From positions 180,636-244,635 of the forward strand of contig JAVZXS010000001.1 in assembly GCA_038886535.1 (NCBI GenBank): a stretch of DNA of 64,000 bases, given 5' to 3'. Origin of the DNA: Candidatus Micrarchaeia archaeon (GTDB lineage: Archaea; Micrarchaeota; Micrarchaeia; CABMEP01). How positions within the stretch are numbered: the first letter of the stretch is position 1; every line of letters starts with the position of its first letter. The position numbers were made by a program, and so were the translations under genes. The notes under the pieces are model-generated. The model did not search any database. It was not told the origin of the DNA and saw nothing but the letters and a program-made list of their open reading frames with translations. Below are positions 59,641-64,000 of the stretch, piece by piece.

Positions 59641-60021
59641 TTATTGTTCTTTCTTCCATAATCCATGGATGTTACAGTATTCTCTTGCATTTATTTTCTT
59701 TGCATTTATTTTGAATTCAGCCTCAGGAGTTTGACCTGGTTTTAGGTAATTTCTATATATTTTATCATCTGCAAGCACTTCTATAAATTCAATGTAATGT
59801 TCGGGTTCCATTGGATGTGGAATAGAACCTATTTTAACTTTAAAGCCACCTCTAATCTTTTCGATTACAGGTACATGTTTTTCATACCCTTGATCTTCTG
59901 TTTTTTCTTCTAGTTTTTCCATATTCTTATTGCAACAGACCAAAGTTCCAACTCCTGCATGAGCTATTTCAACTATATTTCCACATACACTGCATTTATA
60001 TATCTGATTAAGTTCTGTCAT
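59641..60021 (-). CDS. dfx: Desulfoferrodoxin (2Fe superoxide reductase)
   Basis: N-terminal desulforedoxin CSVCGN..LVCC. SOR centre motifs KHVPVIE and EYCNIHGLW. Confidence 0.85.
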   Translation of the reverse strand: MTELNQIYKCSVCGNIVEIAHAGVGTLVCCNKNMEKLEEKTEDQGYEKHVPVIEKIRGGFKVKIGSIPHPMEPEHYIEFIEVLADDKIYRNYLKPGQTPEAEFKINAKKINAREYCNIHGLWKKEQ

Positions 60022-60047
60022 ATTATCACCATTTTAAATATTTATTT

Positions 60048-60650
60048 TCAATATTCTTCACACTTCAATTGATAGAAAGCTTTAGGATGGTCACAAGATG
60101 GACATTTTTCAGGAGGGAATTTTCCAAAGTGTACATAACCACACTCTCTACATACCCACCAAACTTTATCGTTCTTATTAAAGAATGTACCTTTTTCAAG
60201 CTGTTCAAGTATCTTTTTATATCGTTCTTCATGGTGCTCTTCAGCTTTAGCGATGGCCCTTAATCTCTGTGCTATTTCTTTTAACCCTTCCTTTTCAGCT
60301 ATGTCAGCGAATTCAGGATACATTTTTGCATATTCATAGTTTTCTCCTGCGATTGCAGCTTTAAGATTATCGATAGTATTTCCGAATACGGTTGGAGCGG
60401 ATGCCTCAACTTTTATTTCATTGTACTTCTCTATCTTTTCTCCTCTCTCAGCAGCTTTTTTCTTCAGTTCATTTATCAGTTTAAATAGCCAACTTGCATG
60501 TTCTCTCTCATTATCTGCAGTTATAAGGAATATTTCTGCAATTTGCTCATATCCTTCATTTCTTGCCACTTTCGCATAGAAAGTATATCTATTTCTTGCT
60601 TGACTTTCACCTATAAATGCCTTCGCTAAATTTTCAATCGTCTTCTCCAT
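60048..60650 (-). CDS. rbr: Rubrerythrin (likely start at MEKTIENL)
   Basis: Di-iron motifs ENLAKAFIGESQARNRY and ..NEREHA.. plus a C-terminal rubredoxin domain CRECGY..CPSC. Confidence 0.85.
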   Translation of the reverse strand: MEKTIENLAKAFIGESQARNRYTFYAKVARNEGYEQIAEIFLITADNEREHASWLFKLINELKKKAAERGEKIEKYNEIKVEASAPTVFGNTIDNLKAAIAGENYEYAKMYPEFADIAEKEGLKEIAQRLRAIAKAEEHHEERYKKILEQLEKGTFFNKNDKVWWVCRECGYVHFGKFPPEKCPSCDHPKAFYQLKCEEY

Positions 60651-60827
60651 TCCAACACCTCCAAAATTAGACATATATATTTGATTGAAAATGTTCATAA
60701 ATATATCTATAACTTAATTTGTGATGTTCCTGATGTAAAAGATAAATTAAGCGAGGTATAGTAATATTTATAAATCTAATATAATATTATATATTTAACG
60801 ATTTTTAGATCGTTTCCCGGCAAAGCG

Positions 60828-60877
60828 GTCTCTGCGATCGATTAACGCGAGAGACTCACATATCATTTGATATGTGA
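60828..60877. promoter_or_regulatory. GC-rich hairpin (GUCUCUGCG-loop AUCGAUUAA-CGCgAGAGAC) followed by a perfect 22-bp inverted repeat TCACATATCAttTGATATGTGA, in the divergent rbr / rpl3 promoter region
   Basis: Read directly from the sequence. Confidence 0.45.
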
Positions 60878-60976
60878 CAGGTATACTGCATCTTTGATGC
60901 ACTACCGCGCTATAGAATTGAAAGCATTTCATATATAGTTTAGTATTCATATTCATAATTCAAAAAGTGATGGTAA

Positions 60977-61957
60977 ATGGGAAAAGTTATTAAGCCAAGA
61001 GCAGGTTCTCTTGCATTTAGACCAAGAAAACGTTCGAAAGACATTACTCCAAGAATGCGAACTTGGAGAATCACCGATAAAGTGCAGTTACTGGGATATC
61101 CAGTCTATAAAGTAGGAATGAAGCAAGCAGGAATAATAGATGATTCTAGATCTCCAACTAAGGGAATGGAATTAACAGTACCAGTTACAATTTTAGAAGC
61201 ACCAAAGATAACTATTTATGGAGCAAGGCTTTATCAGAAAACTCTCACTGGAACAAAGTGTTTGGGTGATGCTCTTTCAATCAATACAAAAGTAGCATCA
61301 ATGCTAGGTATGTCAAAGAAAGATAAGAAAAGAAAGGATATAAAATGGCTAGAAGAAAAAATATCTTCATTTAATGATGAAGATAAAAAAGATCTTTATA
61401 TTTCAGTTCTTGCCGTAACTAATACAAAGGAAGCAGGAATTCCAAAGAAGACTGGAGATACAGTTGAAATAGCAATAGGTGGAAATGATATTAAATCTCA
61501 ATTGGAGTATGTCAAATCCATACTTGGAAAGGATATAACTCCAAATGAAGTATTTGAAGAAGGAGAATATGTTGATGCAATAGCAGTAACAAGAGGACAT
61601 GGCTGGCAGGGAGTTATTAGAAGATTCGGTGTTCACAAACAAAGACCTAAGAATACTGGAAGAGTAAGACACAGAGGTACATTAGGTCCATGGCATCCAG
61701 CATATGTTATGTATACTGTTCCACAAGCAGGTCAACATGGATTCCATAGAAGAACTCAATATAATAATAGAATACTTTTGATTGGAGATGATCCATCTAA
61801 AGTTAATATTCCTGGTGGTTACCCACACTATGGAGAAGTCAAATCTTCGTTTATATGTGTTAAGGGTTCAGTTCCAGGAACTCAAAAGAGATTTGTATTC
61901 CTTAGAAAATCCATAAGGAATACTTCTGTGCAGAAACCACAGATTTTATGGTTCTGA
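60977..61957 (+). CDS. rpl3: Ribosomal protein L3
   Basis: MGKVIKPRAGSLAFRPRKRS... is archaeal uL3. Confidence 0.9.
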   Translation: MGKVIKPRAGSLAFRPRKRSKDITPRMRTWRITDKVQLLGYPVYKVGMKQAGIIDDSRSPTKGMELTVPVTILEAPKITIYGARLYQKTLTGTKCLGDALSINTKVASMLGMSKKDKKRKDIKWLEEKISSFNDEDKKDLYISVLAVTNTKEAGIPKKTGDTVEIAIGGNDIKSQLEYVKSILGKDITPNEVFEEGEYVDAIAVTRGHGWQGVIRRFGVHKQRPKNTGRVRHRGTLGPWHPAYVMYTVPQAGQHGFHRRTQYNNRILLIGDDPSKVNIPGGYPHYGEVKSSFICVKGSVPGTQKRFVFLRKSIRNTSVQKPQILWF

Positions 61958-61983
61958 AATTCAAAAGATAATAGGTTGATCAT

Positions 61984-62763
61984 ATGGTAAGTATTTCATT
62001 ATATTCTCAAAATGGTTCACCAACTGGAAAAATAGAGCTTCCAGAGATATTTAGAACAGAGATAAGAGAAGATCTTATCAGAAGAGCAGTTTTATCTGAG
62101 GAATCAGAAAAACTACAACCAAAAGGAGCTTTTCCAAGAGCAGGTTTGCAAACAACTGCAAGGTATATTGGTAGGAAGGATGCTTATCACTCACTCAAAA
62201 ACAGAGGAATTGCAAAGCTTCCAAGAGAACTCTATCCAAAAGGAAGAATCGGAAGAGTAAGGGTAGTTCCATGGGCAGTAAAAGGTAGGAGAGCTCATCC
62301 TCCAAAAGTAGAAAAAGTTCTTATTGAGAGGATAAATAAAAGAGAAAAAAAGAAAGCACTTCATTCTGCAATTGCAGCTACCGCTAATAAGGAAATGGTT
62401 GGCAAGAAACACATATTACCAAAGATAGACATCCCTATTGTTCTTGATGATTCGTGCGAATCTTTATCAAAAACAAAAGAAGTTGTTTCTTTATTTGAAC
62501 ATCTTGATCTTATGAAGGATATTGAAAGAGCTGAACAAAGAACTAAAAGAAATAATGGAAGAAAAGGTGGGGTAAAAACACCTAAGTCAATTCTTTTAAT
62601 CGCTGCGAAGGATTCTAAGCTTCTTAAAGCAGCAAAGAACCTTCCAGGTGTTACAGTTACAACGATAGATAATCTTAAAGTTTCAGATCTTGCACCTGGT
62701 GGAGTACCAGGCAGATTAACAGTTTGGACAAAATCTGCAATCGAAAATTTAAGTAAGGTTTAA
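61984..62763 (+). CDS. rpl4: Ribosomal protein L4
   Basis: uL4 sequence in operon order after L3. Confidence 0.85.
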   Translation: MVSISLYSQNGSPTGKIELPEIFRTEIREDLIRRAVLSEESEKLQPKGAFPRAGLQTTARYIGRKDAYHSLKNRGIAKLPRELYPKGRIGRVRVVPWAVKGRRAHPPKVEKVLIERINKREKKKALHSAIAATANKEMVGKKHILPKIDIPIVLDDSCESLSKTKEVVSLFEHLDLMKDIERAEQRTKRNNGRKGGVKTPKSILLIAAKDSKLLKAAKNLPGVTVTTIDNLKVSDLAPGGVPGRLTVWTKSAIENLSKV

Positions 62764-62786
62764 CTATATATTGAAATGTATAATAA

Positions 62787-63044
62787 GTGGGTGAAATTAT
62801 GATTATATATCCCGTAACAACTGAAAAGGCAATAAATCAAATTTCAAAGAACAATACTTTAGTATTTAATGTTGATCCTAAACAAACTAAGAGATCAATA
62901 AAGGAGTATATCGAAAAAGAATATGGCGTTAAGGTTGCTTCAGTAAATGTACTAAATAATTTCTCAAATAAAAAAGTAGCATACGTTAAGCTTAAAAAGG
63001 AATATTCAGCAATGGATCTTGCGTCAAAACTTAAGATATTGTAA
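62787..63044 (+). CDS. rpl23: Ribosomal protein L23
   Basis: uL23 sequence in operon order. Confidence 0.85.
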   Translation: MGEIMIIYPVTTEKAINQISKNNTLVFNVDPKQTKRSIKEYIEKEYGVKVASVNVLNNFSNKKVAYVKLKKEYSAMDLASKLKIL

Positions 63045-63075
63045 ATTATATTGATAGTTTAATGATTAGATAGGT

Positions 63076-63819
63076 GTGTTTATGGGTAAAATGTTAAATC
63101 AACAAAGAAGAGGAAAGGGAAGTCCAGCATTCTCTGCTCCATCGCATAAATTTAATGCAAAAGTTTCATTTAGATCTTACGATGAAAAAGAAAAGAATTC
63201 TGTAGTTAAAGGAAAAGTTATAGAATTCATCAATAATCCTGCCCACAGTGGTTTAATAATGAATGTAAAGACTGAAGATGGCCAGATAGTTTCACTTCTT
63301 GCCCCAGAAGGAATTGCAATAGGAGATGAGATAGAATTTGGGGCTAATGCAGGAATTAAATTAGGAAATGTTCTTCCTCTTGCAAAGATTCCAGATGGAA
63401 TGTATGTTTATAATATAGAGTTAGTTCCAGGAGACGGTGGAAAGCTAATAAGAGCAGCTGGAACATCAGGAACAGTAATATCTCATACAGATAAAGAGGT
63501 TTATGTTGCATTACCATCAAAGAAGGTTAAAATATTCAATGCTAATTGCAGAGCACAGATCGGATTAATTTCAATGGGTGGAAGATTAATGAGACCTGTT
63601 TTCAAGGCAGGAAAGAAATATCACATGGTGGCTTCAACAGCAAGATATTGGCCAAAAGTCAGAGGAGTTGCAATGTCTGTATATGACCATCCATTCGGTG
63701 GAAAGCAGCACCACCCAGGTCGTTCAACGATTGTTGCAAGGAACGCACCACCGGGAAGAAAGGTTGGTCTTTTGGCAGCAGCTTCTGTTGGAAGAGGAAA
63801 GAAAAGAAAGAAAGTTTAA
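63076..63819 (+). CDS. rpl2: Ribosomal protein L2
   Basis: uL2 motifs (GGRLMRPVFKAGKKYH, HPFGGKQHHPGR). Confidence 0.9.
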   Translation: MFMGKMLNQQRRGKGSPAFSAPSHKFNAKVSFRSYDEKEKNSVVKGKVIEFINNPAHSGLIMNVKTEDGQIVSLLAPEGIAIGDEIEFGANAGIKLGNVLPLAKIPDGMYVYNIELVPGDGGKLIRAAGTSGTVISHTDKEVYVALPSKKVKIFNANCRAQIGLISMGGRLMRPVFKAGKKYHMVASTARYWPKVRGVAMSVYDHPFGGKQHHPGRSTIVARNAPPGRKVGLLAAASVGRGKKRKKV

Positions 63820-63850
63820 TATTTCGAGATGTTCATAAAGGAGTGATTAA

Positions 63851-64000
63851 ATGGCAAGGAAATTTATATTTCGTGGAAAAACTCTTGAAGAGCTTCAGGC
63901 AATGTCTCTTGATGAATTTGCAAATTTAATTAAATCAAGAGCAAGAAGATATATTAAGAAGATGCCAATCAAGTACAAAAAACTTCTAATAAAGGCAGAG
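63851..64000 (+). CDS. rps19: Ribosomal protein S19, N-terminal part (runs off window)
   Basis: MARKFIFRGKTLEELQAMSLDEFANLIKSRARR... is uS19. Confidence 0.85.
   Translation, partial: MARKFIFRGKTLEELQAMSLDEFANLIKSRARRYIKKMPIKYKKLLIKAE

Noticed and set aside
60780-60960. Possible C/D-box or H/ACA small RNA
   Set aside because: I looked for RUGAUGA/CUGA boxes and an ACA-flanked pseudouridylation pocket. Only partial matches were found (UGAUAUG, and an ACA after hairpin 1 but no pocket). The region is kept as a regulatory or structured region only.
1-64000. CRISPR arrays, rRNA genes, IS elements or transposases
   Set aside because: I found no regularly spaced direct repeats, rRNA-like conserved blocks, transposase DDE/HTH ORFs or terminal inverted repeats.

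Overview
This is a low-GC (about 30%) archaeal chromosomal segment. It carries archaeal-type replication genes (MCM, PriL and PriS, a GINS-like protein, Y-family polymerase Dpo4, Rad50, short XPF), translation genes (aIF2 alpha and beta, aIF1A, RIO kinase, NAC, MetRS, CysRS, L44e-S27e-Nop10-PAC2, and the start of the L3-L4-L23-L2-S19 operon), ether-lipid genes (UbiA-family DGGGP synthase, geranylgeranyl reductase, CDP-alcohol phosphatidyltransferase), glycolysis genes (enolase, archaeal iPGM), four tRNAs (Gly-UCC, Ile-GAU, Lys-UUU, Cys-GCA) and a likely RNase P RNA that lies under a spurious ORF. The accessory content is a surface locus at 13.1-23.2 kb. It encodes a 2,718-aa signal-peptide protein made of tandem parallel beta-helix and Ig-like modules, very rich in N-glycosylation sequons, translationally coupled to two paralogous membrane-anchored cysteine-repeat proteins. 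Other points of interest are an XPF-Nre-like(PIP box)-PIN nuclease operon, a GC-atypical islet encoding a winged-helix regulator behind a cluster of TCATGA palindromes, an extracytoplasmic S16 Lon-like peptidase without an AAA+ module, an outer-membrane-barrel-like secreted protein, a presenilin/SPP homologue, an ankyrin-repeat protein and a DXR (MEP pathway) homologue in an otherwise archaeal context. I saw no CRISPR array, no rRNA and no obvious transposase.
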